Shown in pieces: positions 12,761-26,700 of a DNA stretch of 64,000 nt. Source of the DNA: Tubulanus polymorphus (taxonomy: Eukaryota; Animalia; Nemertea); assembly GCF_964204645.1 (NCBI RefSeq), contig NC_134028.1:22564345-22628344 (forward strand), written 5' to 3'. The notes beneath the pieces were generated by a model. That model had not been told where the DNA came from and ran no database searches. It worked only from the letters and a program-made list of their open reading frames with translations. The first letter of the stretch is position 1; every line of letters begins with the position of its first letter. Position numbers and translations under genes: made by a program.

Positions 12761-13414
12761 AAATGCGCGATCGGTTTGTGGAAAACTCGACGGAGAAACT
12801 GCCATCGGGTTGCAGGCGATTTTTCTATATAGTGTGATTGATTGTCGAATTTCCTGATCAAATATATCGGAAATAAGATCAGATATTCGAGTACTGCATT
12901 TTGATTAAACTTATGTGTAAGATGAAGAATGCGTGTGCCGTATTTTAAGTATCAATGTGCCTTCTCAATAACAACAACAACAAAATCGGAGCAAAAACCA
13001 CCAGTTATTTTTAGATGTTCGTTTGGCTTCGTATACGGCTTCGTGCTTCGCGATTTACGGTTTGTAAATCGGTGTACGGGCGGATAATAATCATTAATGA
13101 TACTATCGGTTTCACTAAGGAAGATGCGCGTATATTTTAAGAACCGCGATGACACGATGACGTGACAATTCAATGATATAGCCTTGATTCATATCGTACG
13201 CGCTGTTTTAGAAATATCGGCGTAATTCAGATCATGCAGAATGCAGAAATCATCGCTGCCCGCTCGATAGAAACCATTATAATAATCTTTCACGCGAAAC
13301 AAGTATTTTTCATTTGTTTAGCATAAAAAAAGAGAAAGTACAGCACGGAAATAATTCGGTTATTTCAATACATATAGTCGTAGATGTTTGGTATATGGTT
13401 ATCATTAGTTTTGA

Positions 13415-13652
13415 GGCCTGCAGTTTCACGAAAAACATTAACTCAGATATGTTTTTAGTTTAGTTGCCATTATCATCGTGGCTTTTTAATGAGGATAGAA
13501 ATCCAAGGCCGGTTTTATAGACTGGTTTTACCTTAAAACCCGGGGCTAACTCAATTCATTATCAAATGAGTTAGCCCCCTGGCAAAAGGTAATACCAGTG
13601 TTTAAAACCGGGCCCGGGCTTTCAGCTTTAACTTTTTCGTGAAACTAGGACC
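13415..13652. mobile_element. Nested MITEs: outer AGTTTCACGAAAAA...TTTTTCGTGAAACT, inner 13508-13614 family C
   Basis: The inner element GGCCGGTTTTATAGACTGGT...ACCAGTGTTTAAAACCGGGCC has relatives at ~43223-43332 (flanked by TAG/TAG) and ~4352-4416. Confidence 0.7.
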
Positions 13653-14106
13653 GGAACCCCTTTATTAAGCCCATTCTTAGGCGCTGATGTAAATTCGTAG
13701 TTTGATTTAACGTTGTTTATGCACGACTCAACATTGTATAACATTATCCGTATTATATCTTCCAGCTTATACTTCCCTGTACGAACGAAAGCTTACCAAA
13801 TTACGAGTTATTGATTGAAATGACTTTTAATTACAATAAACATCGATTGAGTTAGGGATCTATCACCCCGCCAAAACAAGTATAAACGCAAAAAAAAAAA
13901 TTTTTGCTATAGAATTTGTTTTTTCGATTTTTCATGTTTGAAAAATCTCAGCGTGGCCCGATTCAGCCAGCATAGTTTAGCCAATAATATAGAGAAAAAC
14001 TACAATCGAACTATGAAAAATGTTGTTACGCATGTCAACTTCAATGGTTTGTTGTTTGATAAAATAAAAGGTATTTATACAAAGACGTTTCGTTTCAGCT
14101 GTTGTT

Positions 14107-16558
14107 TCATAAGACAAGTCTCTGCAGCGTGTACGGGTCCGTAATCGAGTTCACCGGCTCTTTCACTATCACGGCGCCGGATTCCTTACCGTGACGCAGT
14201 TTAATTTCTTTTAAGGCGCCGTTCGCTTCGACGCGACGCACGAAATTAACTCGCGTTTTCAACTGCTCGCAATCGACGGCGATCACCGGCTGTTGCGTAC
14301 CGTAGCGGTTATTATAGGGTTTCGTCTGGCACAAGTTCGGATTGTCGGTGATCTGTTCGACGATCTTCAGCGAGTCCCGGGGCGCGTTGTACGCGGCTCT
14401 TTCGAACGGCCGTTTGTGAAGAGGGAAAATATCCGATTTTAAATGTTTGGTCGCGTTCGACGATGTCGGATCGATTTGCCACAAGTGTTCGTCGTCGCTC
14501 CGATAAAACTTGACGTCCAAATACGGCCACTTCCATGTCCCGTTTTGACGGATCTCAGCCGAGTTCTGGACGAGTTTCAGCCGGCTGCCCGTGTCGTAGG
14601 TTTCGATTTTCGGCGCCAGTTTCGATAATTGCCGGAATAGGTTTAATTTGTCGCTTTCGGCGGCCATCACGTCGACGTCGTCGTCCCACGGTATGAACCC
14701 GTGGTGGCGCCACGAACCGAGCAGCGTACCGGAATACATAAACCAGCGTTTGTCGGCTCCGGCGAATTTAGCCGCTCGCTTGAACTGATCGAGCAAATAA
14801 ACCATCGCGGCTACGTCGTGCCTGGTAGCAGTCCGATTCCGTAATATTTCGGGCATATCGCGACGATTCGTCGGCGTTCTTGTACCGTGTTCGGATCCTT
14901 TTTCTTTGCGTGGTAATTTTCCGCTCGCTAACAATTTATCGCCCCCGATACCGAGTCGACCGCTCAAACGACTGAAATCTACTTTCCTACTCGAATTAGT
15001 CGTACTCCTCGATCTAGCCGATACTTTCTTGGTTTTCTTCCTCGCCGGTGCGTAACCGGAGTCTTTGACGGCCTTGTCGGCTTTGTAAGTTTGCGCCAGT
15101 TGAGCTCTCGCTTCGGGAGTATCTTCTTGCATTAGCTCGACCTGTTTTTTCACGTAATTCCTCACTCGCACGAGGTAATCGGCGTACTCGACCAGGTAGT
15201 CGTGATAGTCTTTCAGCTCGTCTCGCGAAACGCGCCGGGTTTTTTTCGACGTCTCTGTGCGGGAGTGTTTCGGCGACGGCGGCGGCGGCGGTGGTGTAGG
15301 TTCCAACCCGTATTTCTGCGCGTGAAGGAAATAATTCCTGGCGATTCGACCTTGCGCCGTGCGAGCCCAGTCGAACGCGTATTCGTAGATGATTTTCCCG
15401 TTCAGCGAGGACGGATTCGACGGCAGTCCGAAATCGTCGTGAGAATGATCCGGCGCCCGCTTCGAGAACAGTAACCGTTCAGTGTCGTAGGCGGTGTGTA
15501 ACGTTACCATGATGATCGCTACCAGTCCGAGTAGCAATAACCAATAGCGCCTGTTAGCGATCACGGCGCGGGCTGACGGAACTTGATCAGTGACCTTCGC
15601 AGCACTTCCTTGCTCACTAATTATAATAATAATCGTGATAATGATAATATTTTCATTTAATGACCCACAACGCTCGACACGATTAAACAATATACACTGT
15701 GCGATTATATATAGATGTGAAAATACACTGATGAGACATGACAACATTTCAATTACAGTGACCCCGTCAGAGTCGGATCCGATCAACTCGGATAACCGTT
15801 CAGAACTCGGGATCCAGTTCCACAGTTGTGAGTTGGAGTTAACTCTGAGTTAAGATTAGTTCATTTTCAATCGGTGAATCTAAACTCAAAACAGTATGCA
15901 AACCGGGTCCGGATGTTTGCTGAAATATTTTTTGTGTCACTTGAATATGAAATTCATAACATCCAACTCCGATATCGCTCAAGTCGGACACATTTTACGG
16001 TCCCAAAAGATCCGACCTGACCGGAGTCTATTGCACGAGTTTTGTGTTTGTCTCCCCACTACCTCGAATGAATAAAGAAGTTTCCAGAATATCCAAGAAA
16101 CTGGCATCTGCATTTGATTTCCTTCAAAACGGTCTATGAATTAAGTTAATCAAGCAAGGGACTAGAGAGCTATATGATATTCAATCAAAACTTATGTTTT
16201 AAAGATGAGCGCAAATTATCGCAACAATGGGGACCTCGAGGGACCGCCACGAAATGGTGCCTAGAAACTGGAAACTTCTTTATTAGGTAACAAACCCCAT
16301 AATGACTTAATTTAGGATGATAAGACGCGAACGCAAAGTTTGAAAAAAAACAAGTCGTTTGAAATTTAAGTTGACTTAAATTGAAAATTAAATTGTAAGA
16401 TTAACTAGGTTTGATTAAGCAGTGTTTAAAATCGAAAAAGCAAGACGTTCAAAACAGTTTTCATCCTATCGATTAAACACGCGAACTGTCTTTTAGTATA
16501 CGGACAAAAAAGGAATTTTCATTTCAAGATTATCTATCACTTACAGACTTATGCGCAT
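14107..16558 (-). CDS. LicD-family (fukutin/FKRP-related) type II membrane phosphotransferase, ~507 aa, 2 coding exons
   Basis: Exon 16545-16558 (ATG CGC ATA AGT CT|GTAAGT) joins phase-2 exon 14107-15616. The protein has an N-terminal TM (YWLLLLGLVAIIMVTL), a basic stem, the LicD signature WFMYSGTLLGSWRHHGFIPWDDDVDV and WPYLDVKFY. TATAAA occurs at about 16700 on the minus strand. Confidence 0.85.
16070..16285. mobile_element. Element with AATAAAGAAGTTTCCAG inverted termini; partial copy at ~4762-4826
   Basis: 16220-16285 is the reverse complement of 4762-4826 with a few mismatches, and a matching terminus lies at 16070. Confidence 0.55.
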
Positions 16559-17323
16559 CGTTGTTGTCGTGATTGTTGCTGTTGTTGTTCACTTTGTTAT
16601 ACGAATCTAAATAAGACGTAAGGTAACGGTGTAGGTGTAGTGGTTATAGGTATAGCGACACTTCTGCTACACGTGTGTCTGCGGTAATGAAGTGATTTAT
16701 ATGCTTTATACCTGTCACAGCTGGTCATGTTCACTCCATCTGTACCAGCTTGAGACCTAAACGCGCGGGAGCTCTATATTATTGTTTCTTGATTCGCTTT
16801 ATTGAATAGACGTATAATAGCTTATCGTCGAGATACATGACGGAGATACTTCGATCGATGGTTTTCGTGAACTATGTTGATGATTAATTAGTATCCATTT
16901 TACCTAGAATAACATGACGATTCTTTTTTTCTCACGCAAAAAAATTATACCAAGACGTCATTAAGGCTTATTGTGATGTAGATTGACTGAGGAATCTTCG
17001 CAGTCTTCGACTGGCACTTCAACACAGACTATGCGAACCTAATTTCGACACTGCAACTTTTCGACAGCGAGCTTTCTCACGTCTCTAGCGCCAAGACTTC
17101 GGAATAAATCAAATCTTTCTGATTTTCGTCATCGCAATCTGGCTCAGTTTAAAAGACATCCAAAAACCACTTTGTTTTGTGATTATTACGATTAGATTTT
17201 CCCAGAGGAACGTATTTGAACTGTATTACAGGATCCTCGCGCCATCAAGAAATATTTATTATGATTATTGTCAGAAATACACGACGTTACGTTTCCGCTA
17301 GGGAGTTAATTCGAAGTCCTATT

Positions 17324-17530
17324 GCGCAGGGTACAGACAGCAGATTGTCTGAGAGGGTGCAGGGTACAGACAGCAGATTGTCTGGGAGTGCGGGGTACAG
17401 ACATCAGATTGTCTGAGAGGGTGCAGGGTACAGACATCAGATTGTCTGAGAGGTGCAGGGTACAGACAGAAGATTGTCTGAGGGGGTGCAGGATACAGAC
17501 AGCGGATTGTCTGAGGAGTGCAGGGCACAG
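17324..17530. repeat. Minisatellite, ~31-33 bp unit, about 6 copies
   Basis: Tandem GCAGGGTACAGACA(G/T)CAGATTGTCTGAGAGGGT units with no unique spacers. Confidence 0.9.
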
Positions 17531-18012
17531 ACGGAAGGGAGCAAGGAATAAACGACCGTCTCACAATAATATAGTTAAATGAAGCGTATACCCAATGGTA
17601 GCCACACTAGCTGACGTGGAGAACAGAATAAGTTTAAAACCCACCAGAATATCGAAAATTAAAAACGAATTCTATTTATCAAGATCACTGCAGATCGTCG
17701 TCAAGTGTATTTTTGTTCTGATTTTTAGAATTCTGTTTATAAAATGGATTTATAAACTTATCAAGCGTACGTAGTTCTGAGACTATTCACTAGAGATCGT
17801 GGAGAGTTCATGCAATACAAATCAAAATATAGATATAAAAAACTTATTCCAAGAATAAATTTCCTCTGAATTCCCAGCCACGACGTTGCCCTCAACGTAC
17901 ACGTGTTTATTCCTACACAGAAAATGCGACAACTGAGCAAAATAGAAAATGCCAAGCGCAAAGAACGAAATTCCCGAAATGAAATTAACGAGATATTGTT
18001 GTATTTGTTCAT

Positions 18013-18750
18013 TCATTTACCCGTCAACGGCGTCACGTGGTTTGATCGATAGTGCCTTATACCCGCTATAACCAGTACAATACAAGCGGTGAACTGGACG
18101 AATAGAAACGTCAAGTACACCCCATAAAGTTCCAATTCAGCCGTTACTTTACGATGCAAATGCAATATTTTGTTTTCCTCGTAGTAAACCAACGAGAGTT
18201 TCTCGTTTTCTAGTTCGATGAACGCAAACACGACGGCCGGAACGTCGGCAAGTGCCGTCACTACGGAAGCCGTAATCGGTATGAAAATATGGTCGGCCAC
18301 CAGGGGGCAGGCTTCGTACGTGTATATCAACGATACGATACCGGTTACGTTCGAGCAGATCCCGGCGATTATTCCGGATGAGAAAACCGATACGTTGATG
18401 AATATCGACATCCCCAGCGCAATAGCGAACAGCGTATTCATAATACCGGTCGCTAGGATGAAGAACGCGCTAAAACGCGGACGCGGAATCGGCGGAGGCG
18501 GTCTGTCGGTGTGTACGGTACAGCACGTGCACTGGCGATCGTCGCGTTCCTCGGACTCGAGCGACGGACACCGCGATATGATGATAATCGACGGTACGGG
18601 TGAATCGGTACGCGGATCGGTGCTCAAGTCGCAGGCCCGAACTGCGGACATTGTTTCGAGAGGACACGGTGAAGATCGTGGCGTTGAGCGCGCCGTATCA
18701 ACCATAGAAATAGCCGCAGCCTGATTAGTTACATTTTCGTTATCCATCAT
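18013..18750 (-). CDS. Intronless four-transmembrane protein (CD20/MS4A-like topology), ~245 aa
   Basis: Open frame from ATG-ATG at 18750. A Ser/Pro-rich N-terminus is followed by four hydrophobic segments (FSAFFILATGIMNTLFAIALG; VFSSGIIAGICSNVTGIVSLIY; IFIPITASVVTALADVPAVVFAFI; LYGVYLTFLFVQFTACIVLVIAGI). The family call rests on topology only. Confidence 0.65.
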   Translation of the reverse strand: MMDNENVTNQAAAISMVDTARSTPRSSPCPLETMSAVRACDLSTDPRTDSPVPSIIIISRCPSLESEERDDRQCTCCTVHTDRPPPPIPRPRFSAFFILATGIMNTLFAIALGMSIFINVSVFSSGIIAGICSNVTGIVSLIYTYEACPLVADHIFIPITASVVTALADVPAVVFAFIELENEKLSLVYYEENKILHLHRKVTAELELYGVYLTFLFVQFTACIVLVIAGIRHYRSNHVTPLTGK

Positions 18751-20508
18751 AGATTGACACAAGCCATAGTAGCGATATTGGTCCAACTGATTCGCACTCT
18801 ATATCCTTCCTTGTATTCTGCGACCCTGTCCAAACCGAAACGCGTATCAGGTGATATTAACACCTAGCGGCACGAATGTTTGCGATATTACCCGTTATTT
18901 CAAACGCGATAAGATAACATCAGACTAAACAAACAAAACCCTCGAAAACAAACAGACCTTCGTATTAGAAAATAGGAAAAAAACTGACGAATTCACTAGA
19001 ATGTGGATCATAGTCAAAATATCATGCGGGCAAAGTGGAGCAAAGGAGAAAATGAATTATATGATTTTATGTCATATACGATCTTTTCAAAAAACTTCCA
19101 GTGAATCACTTGTTTTGAATACACATGTTACATACTTTGTGAAAGTCCGAATTTAGTCCAAAAGCCTGGCAGTATTCTTTAACAGATCGGTATGGTTGGT
19201 TTTTTAGTGTTTTTTAGAACGCCATAAATTCATACCGTTTACCGTAGAAAGTAAACCACACGTCGGGTCGCCACTCCACCTAAACACGCGTCCTTATTTT
19301 TATCTCTGAAACTAATGAGCCGTCAACCCGGAAGATTAATATTTTAAGGTCGCTTTAATGATTCGAATGGTGTTAGCTTCACGTTGAATCAAGGCGTTTA
19401 TTTATGGTCCGATTTTTGCTGATAGATTGTGTGAACGCTCGTGAAATCGTGGGAACCACGAACAGTATTCTGCAAACCGAAACATCATTCGTACATTTCC
19501 ACACCGCAAAATTACCCGCAGTTTTTGGCACTAACCGCACAGTACGAAACGGCTTCAATGACTCAGTTGGATAAAATATCTCCAAAATTCGTGACATCAA
19601 GACATTAAGACCGATTATTATTTTCGAGCACCTGCGCATTTTCATGTGATCATAATTTATGACAGACAACGATGTGGTATTGAATTGAATTTTAAAAAGT
19701 GTGGGTTTTTGCCTTTTGTAACCGCACGACATAAACTACCGTTCCGGCTTTCAGCGCAATGTCGTGATATACTTAAAAATATATTATAGGCCTTCGTTTA
19801 TAGAAATTGTATTGAATTCGACTTCAAAGGTTCTGACGTATTTATGTGTGCTTTACAGTGCCCGTGAAAGCGTTTAATATACCGAAATAATCTTACAGTC
19901 AATACCGAAAAATGAAAATTAATTTCTAGATACTGTGCCTCGAAGGCGATGACATAACGAACCACGTTCTATCTCGTTTAGAGTAAAAGCCGCCTCACGT
20001 CACTTCGAATTATTTCCATTAGCCCTCATTAGATCTGAAAGCTTGATTACGGAGCCGAATTCTTTTCGAAAAACTGTCCCTTTTCAGCCCTCGAAAAAAA
20101 ATTCGATTCACTTCGCGTACAATAATAACTCGTTCGTTCGATGTCAAAGAAGCTTTTTTTTGAAAAGACGATCGCGGATATTTTTCTTCCCGCAGATTAT
20201 CCCGCTGAGCGACTGGCGTCATACATTTCAAATAAATCGAATAACCTTTTAACTGCTCGCTTGTTCGAATATCGTTTCAAAGTCATATTTGAAAGCGATA
20301 CTAGATGTCGTGTTTTTTCAAACGACGTAGTTTTAAACTAACGATTAGTTCATAAGGTGTTTACTTCGCGTGGAATTAAATCGCGTTTTCTCTGTTTGCT
20401 GGTTCAAGTGAGGGTATATACATACATCGAAAAGGGATTATCGCGACAGAATATGTACATGTGATCGTATCCCGATGGGATTAGAGGATTTCATTTCGTT
20501 TGATTGAA

Positions 20509-20704
<196 letters not shown>

Positions 20705-20714
20705 CCAGCGCGTT

Positions 20715-23700
20715 ATGGTGTGGATTTTAGAAGTTACGTGTTTATTTGCGTTATTCGTAACCGGTGCACGCGGGCTTGGTGAGGTCGTGGACAGGGTCAG
20801 TTTGGTGAATAACGGTTATGAAGGTCTGGTCATCGCTATTGACAAAGACGTTGAAGAGTCAGAAACTTTACTGAATAAAATTAAAGTAAGTAGCGAGATG
20901 ATATGTTGATTAAGTCAATTTGGATTTCGTTACTAAACGGAGTTGTACATTATCTATTTCAACTTACAAACGCAAAAAAATTAAGAAAAAGATGATTGCG
21001 ATGGCAAGCGACGCTCTGAGACTTATGCCGACTGAGATAAATATCAACTTCAAATTTACATTTTTTGTCATCGAGCAACTTATATAATTTTCATTTCATA
21101 AAAGTAGAAAACAAATCATCGCCCAACGTGGGGCTCGAACCCACGACCCTGGGATTAAGAGTCCCATGCTCTACCGACTGAGCTAGCCGGGCGGTTATTG
21201 ATGGATTTCGATGATTTTTACAAAATAAAAAAATTCGCATAATCTCTAGATTCTTGTATCTTTATTACACGCAGTCACTTATGTCCCAAGCGTCCAGTTC
21301 GCTGTACACTGCCACAAATAGCCGGGCGTATTTCCGTGAAATAACGATACTGGTACCGAGCACGTGGTCGGACAGTTTGATCGACGGAGACGCCGAACAA
21401 GAAGTCTATCACAATGCCAATATCCGTATCGATAAGCCAACGGTAAATATATCCATAGTTTTTTCATAAACCAAAGACAAAAAACGAAGAGATTTATCGA
21501 TTATAATGATAATTATTATAATAATTTCTATCATTGTCATTACCATGTTATTTTTCGTGTAGGGCCATCGTTTTTACTGATTCGTAGTTTTGCAGTAGTT
21601 CTTTCTTGCTTCCGCATTTAGGGCCATTTTTCGATGTCATCTCGAGCTGTTTCCAGTGAAATGCTAGCCGTGAACCGCTCATGAAAAGCCTGCCTAAACG
21701 CTACATAAAACATTTCATTCGTAAAAATTTGAGCCGTTAGAATAATTTCCATTGTGAATTTGAATTGGACGCCTTTCTTTCTTAATGAGTTGTTAATTTT
21801 GATGAATGATAAATTTGGATCTTATCCATCTTTCAGGCTGAAGAATCGACGCCGCAAATTCCGTACACGAAGATGTTTCAAGCGTGCGGCAAACCGGGAA
21901 AATACATCCGACTGACAAGTGATTACGTCATCAATTCGATGACGTACATGAACAAAATCGGAATACCACGTACGGAATCTAATAATGCGGCTTTCACGAG
22001 CGATTTTCGGCTAGCTTTTTCCAACTACCCGAAAACGTCTTATCGTCAGTTAACGTTTTCATGGCGCAGGTTTGAGCAAGGAATTTGAGAGATTTTTCAA
22101 CGCACATTTTTCTGTCCTGCTAGGGGCCAGTTTTTCGGCGTTTTGACGAGCTGTTCCCTGCGGTAGCGGTGGAAAAGTTGGCTGGAAATCGCTGTTGAAA
22201 ACTAGCCTCATGATAAGTTCAAGATTGAAATATTTTGATCGCGATAATTTGAAGATTTGTCCTCATTCTTCGTGATTTAACTACTCAATTCGAAAATAGC
22301 ATCTCTGTTGACATTTTTTTCTGATTGTTATTTTAGCGTACGTGATGGTGCACGAATGGGCGCATTTACGCTGGGGCGTGTTGGACGAATACGGCTTGAC
22401 GGCCGATAAGAAGTTCTACCTGCGCACCGACACTAACGAATACGACGCCACGCGGTGTACGTTGGGAATAACCGGTAACTTTATCACCGTCGACGAAGAC
22501 GGCAAATTCGTTAAAACCGATTGCGATAAAGACGTGAACACGGGAATGTTTGTCAACTGCGTGTTCCGACCAGCCACATCCGCTGGACCAGCATCGTTAA
22601 TGTATTATACTATTGGACCACTGGTAGGTAATGCGACAGTGTAGGTTCGAGATCTTACGGGGCTATGGCCAAGACACTATATTATTTGGGGTGGGGTTTT
22701 TGGAAAGGGGATGTGTATAGAGTGTGTGGTTTGAGCACGCTTTTATCCAAAATTAGACGCCCGCAAATTCTTCCATATTGCTTTTTAAAGGTGACCAGTC
22801 TTTTCAATTCATTCATTAAGTATAAAAAGATTCCCAACAATTTTTGCTCCTTTCTGCTAAGAAAAACCGCTTGCTCAATTTCTACGCGGATCCATGCTAA
22901 ACACTAAAAGCCATCAAATTTAAATCAAACACGGACTCTTAAACGAATACGCCTCCATGTTCGAAATCACCCTCTTTCTTTTTTTTATTCATCTTCTGAA
23001 CTATATAGATCCGACAGTTCTGTGACAACGATACCGACTCCAGCGGTACCCTACACAACCCGGAAGCACCGACGTTACAGAACGAAGTTTGCGCCGGTAA
23101 AAGCGCCTGGGAAATCATGCGAGAGACCGTGGATTTCAAAGATGGCCGAAACCCGAAACGAACCATTGACAGGGCGGATCTTGCTCCGAGTTTTAAGATT
23201 GTGCGTGACCTAGCCGCACGACCGATCATGCTCATTTTGGACGTATCTGGCAGCATGAAAAAGGTATTTATATATTATATTATATATAACCTGGTCTCAT
23301 AGACCAGCTAATTGACCCTAAACTAAATTGTAATTTTATTGAACTAGTTAGCAATATGAGACAAAATTTCAATGAAATTTCTGTACGAAAGTTCAATTTT
23401 GTTTTTACCCGACCGGTTTATAGGTTAAGCCTCCCCAGTATTTTAAAGGTTAGCCCCCCCCCCCCCATAGTTTAAGTGTTAGCTGAACCCGAGTGTTTAG
23501 TTTGTATCTTCGTATCTAAGATAACTTTGCTAAAAACCGCAATGAGGCATTTGAAAAAAAAATCCGCACCTGAATCATTTCAGCACGGTCGATTAACAGC
23601 GATGAGACAAGCCGTAAGCGGCTTCATCGAAACAGCGACCGCTGGAAATATCATCGGCCTGTTGACGTTCAGTAGCACTGCCGATCTACTGGTTTCACCA

Positions 23701-26700
23701 CTCGAGATAAAAACCGATCAAGATCGAAAGAAATTGATAGACGCGCTGCCCACTACTGTCGGTGACACTACCAGCATCGGTGCTGGCCTGCAAAAAGCTT
23801 TAGAGGTATTGTAAAAGAAATCGTAAAATTGCATTCTCATTACATTCAGTAGGCTATCAATTCGATCGATCTGTTAAAATTGAAAGTGGCTCAAATCATT
23901 TTAGTCGCAACGTCAAAATCATCTGTTAGTCTTGCTTCGTATTTTGGGGTGTTTAACCAGGAATGCCAGCATTAGCCGTGTATTTCTTGTTTTCATTTGT
24001 CCAGACGTTGAGAGGGGAGAGTTTAAAACTGGCTGGAGCTCTATTCATCCTGCTCACCGATGGCAAAGAGAACCGCAGTCCAAAGGTTGCCGACATTCGG
24101 CCCAATATCACGACTGAAAAGGTCGTGGTGACGACTCTGGCGTTTAGCAAACTGGCCGACCCGAGTCTGGTTGAATTATCTGCACAAACAGGTATACCAG
24201 CTAATGTCTAAGATTGTATCGGTTTATACATGATCTATGTTAATTTCCCTATAAGTGACAATTGAAGTCTTATGTTTGATTTGCAGACGGTAGTTTTTAT
24301 TACGATAACAACGATGCCACGTCGTCCGGTTTGACGGAAGCTTTTCAAGAACTGGCGAAAAAAGTGGATCCCGACCCGGAACGTTTGATTTACGTAAGAA
24401 TCATAAACGCTCTGATCTGTTTTCGTGTCGTAACTGCCGCGGCCAGTAACACAAACATTGGATATAAAACCAGTACACGACCATCTTCGGTTCTGTAGCT
24501 AATATAACATCTTAAAGAACAGCCTAATGCCAATCTGGAGTCTTGGAGTAAAAAAGGCTTCTTGACTGGGCTTAACTAATACAGGTGTCTCAAAGAATGG
24601 AACATTTCTTAAACTTGAAATTCACTCATGGTTACTTCCTCAAAAGAAGTGGTCAGCAATATGCCACAATTCGTATTTGACTGCGGTGTTATCACAATCC
24701 GTTGTGTGCATTATTTTAATAGTTGGTCATCTTAGGATAACTTTACTAACTTTACAGAAAATAACAAATAAATAAGGTGCAAAAATTTTCTCACGAAATC
24801 TTGATCTTTCAGCTTTTCACAGAATCGTTCGAGCTGGATCCCGAAATGGAACGCACTGTCGAGTTTTACATCGACGAATCGATCGGCGTCAATTCGAAAA
24901 TACGAATCGGTTGCAGTAAAGAAACGCCTGTAGAATCATCCGCTGTTGTAATCTCAGGTCCCGACAGCTCGACAGCTAGCTGTCAGGCGACTTCGCAAAT
25001 GAAAATGATAGTATGCACCATCAGTGGTACAGCGAAGGTTCGTTTCAACTGTATTGCTATGCAATAGGATATACTCAATATGATTTCTATTGTTAGGTAC
25101 CAAGATGTTACACACGGTTTGAAAATGACGTATCTGCCGTTTCATAATCATTGAAGACATATAGCTCAATTTTGCAGGCAATCTATTACCAGTCTATTCC
25201 GCTGATGATTACGGCGCGAGACCAGACGTCTATGTGCGCACAAGCGCCATCTATCCATGACATTTATACGCAAACTATCAGAAAACAAGGCTATGAATTA
25301 GTTTTTGCCCAGGTATAGGGACGATTATTCCTCGTATGTTCGATTGGTTTGATACGTATTATGTGCACTGCAAACTCACCAGTTACACCTGCCGGGAACT
25401 GAACAAGTGATATTCAAATCGGAAATCGAAGTACTAAATGATTAGTTTAACGGTGTCGATACAAACATTTCGGTCCGTCCAGCGCCTGAACGGGCGAGCA
25501 ACGCTGTGAAAATGCGTTTTGAGACTTGATATTGATATCAACCTATGCATATATTCCAGGTCGGTAAATGGATCGTGGAAATAACTGGGTACAACACGAC
25601 GCAGAAGTTTACCGTGACGATTTCCTCGGAGAGGATTAATAAATCCGATCGTCCTATCGTCGTGCGATCGGAGATCTCAGCGACGACGTCGTCTCTGCCT
25701 CCCGAAACTGCTATATACGCCGAACTTACCAAGGCTGACTATCCGGTACTGGGTATGGATGTTAAAGCCGTGGTTTATCGACCATTCGGTGAAACCACCT
25801 ACGTACAGTTACTTGACGATGGCTCCGGTAAGTCTATCATACTATACATACTATCGAACTCAATCAAGTCGTCATAGCGTGGGCGATCACAATGTTGACA
25901 ACTCATTCTAATGACGATTTACACTTAGAAAATTTAATTGGAAACTCACATCATGAACCATTTAATATGAAGACATATCGTGATGACTTCAGAAAGTTGG
26001 ACTGTAATATCCGAGTGTTTTAGTGACTATTAGAATGAAAAATTTAAGAAAATTTGTTCTTACCTGTTGAATCTGCACGTTTCAGGGTCCGACCTGTTGG
26101 CTAATGATGGTATATACAGCCGGGCGTTCGGTCAAGCCTCTGGTACAGGTCGTTACGCGTTGAAAATCGTCGTAAATCCTCCAGCTAACGGAAAAGCCGT
26201 TCTTAAAAAGACCAAAGTGACGAACGTCGGTGCACCTATAACTGGTATTCTTCAAGAAAATGGTAAGACAGTTAAGCTCGGATTCAAGACCAGTCGAAGC
26301 TAACTTTGGTCTTAGTATCTTGTTCTACCGATTCTTGAGATCTAAGGGATCGTCTTAGCCTATTTATTGATATCGCTTGCTTTAACTTGAGACTTATCTA
26401 ACTTACGACGTGAGAAGGTTTGTGACATCAGTCAAAAATGGAGTTTAGGTCCTAAGTCTTAAGTTATTCGACTAGGTTTAGACCGAAGCTGGGCAACTTG
26501 ACTGGGGTTCAATTCTGAATGAAGTGCATGTTATACGCAAGTAAGCATCTTTTCTTTTCCGCATTATTTTTGAAGGACAAATGTTAATCGCTAAGGACAC
26601 GTACACGCTAATTAACGGACTGATAAGCCGTACAGCGACGCCTGGTGCATTCGAGATCAGAATACCAGGGCAAGATGCTCCGCGGAAATTGTCCGATATT

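Noticed and set aside
15617-15786. N-terminal extension of the 559-aa LicD ORF
   Set aside because: It starts at a non-ATG codon and runs through ATT-rich intron-like sequence; a phase-matched ATG exon exists at 16545-16558.
17324-17530. Regular repeats here and at 32275-32670 as possible CRISPR arrays
   Set aside because: The units are head-to-tail with no unique spacers, there are no cas genes, and the context is eukaryotic.
18218-18724. 168-aa + strand ORF
   Set aside because: It is the antisense shadow of the 4-TM gene and has no recognisable features.
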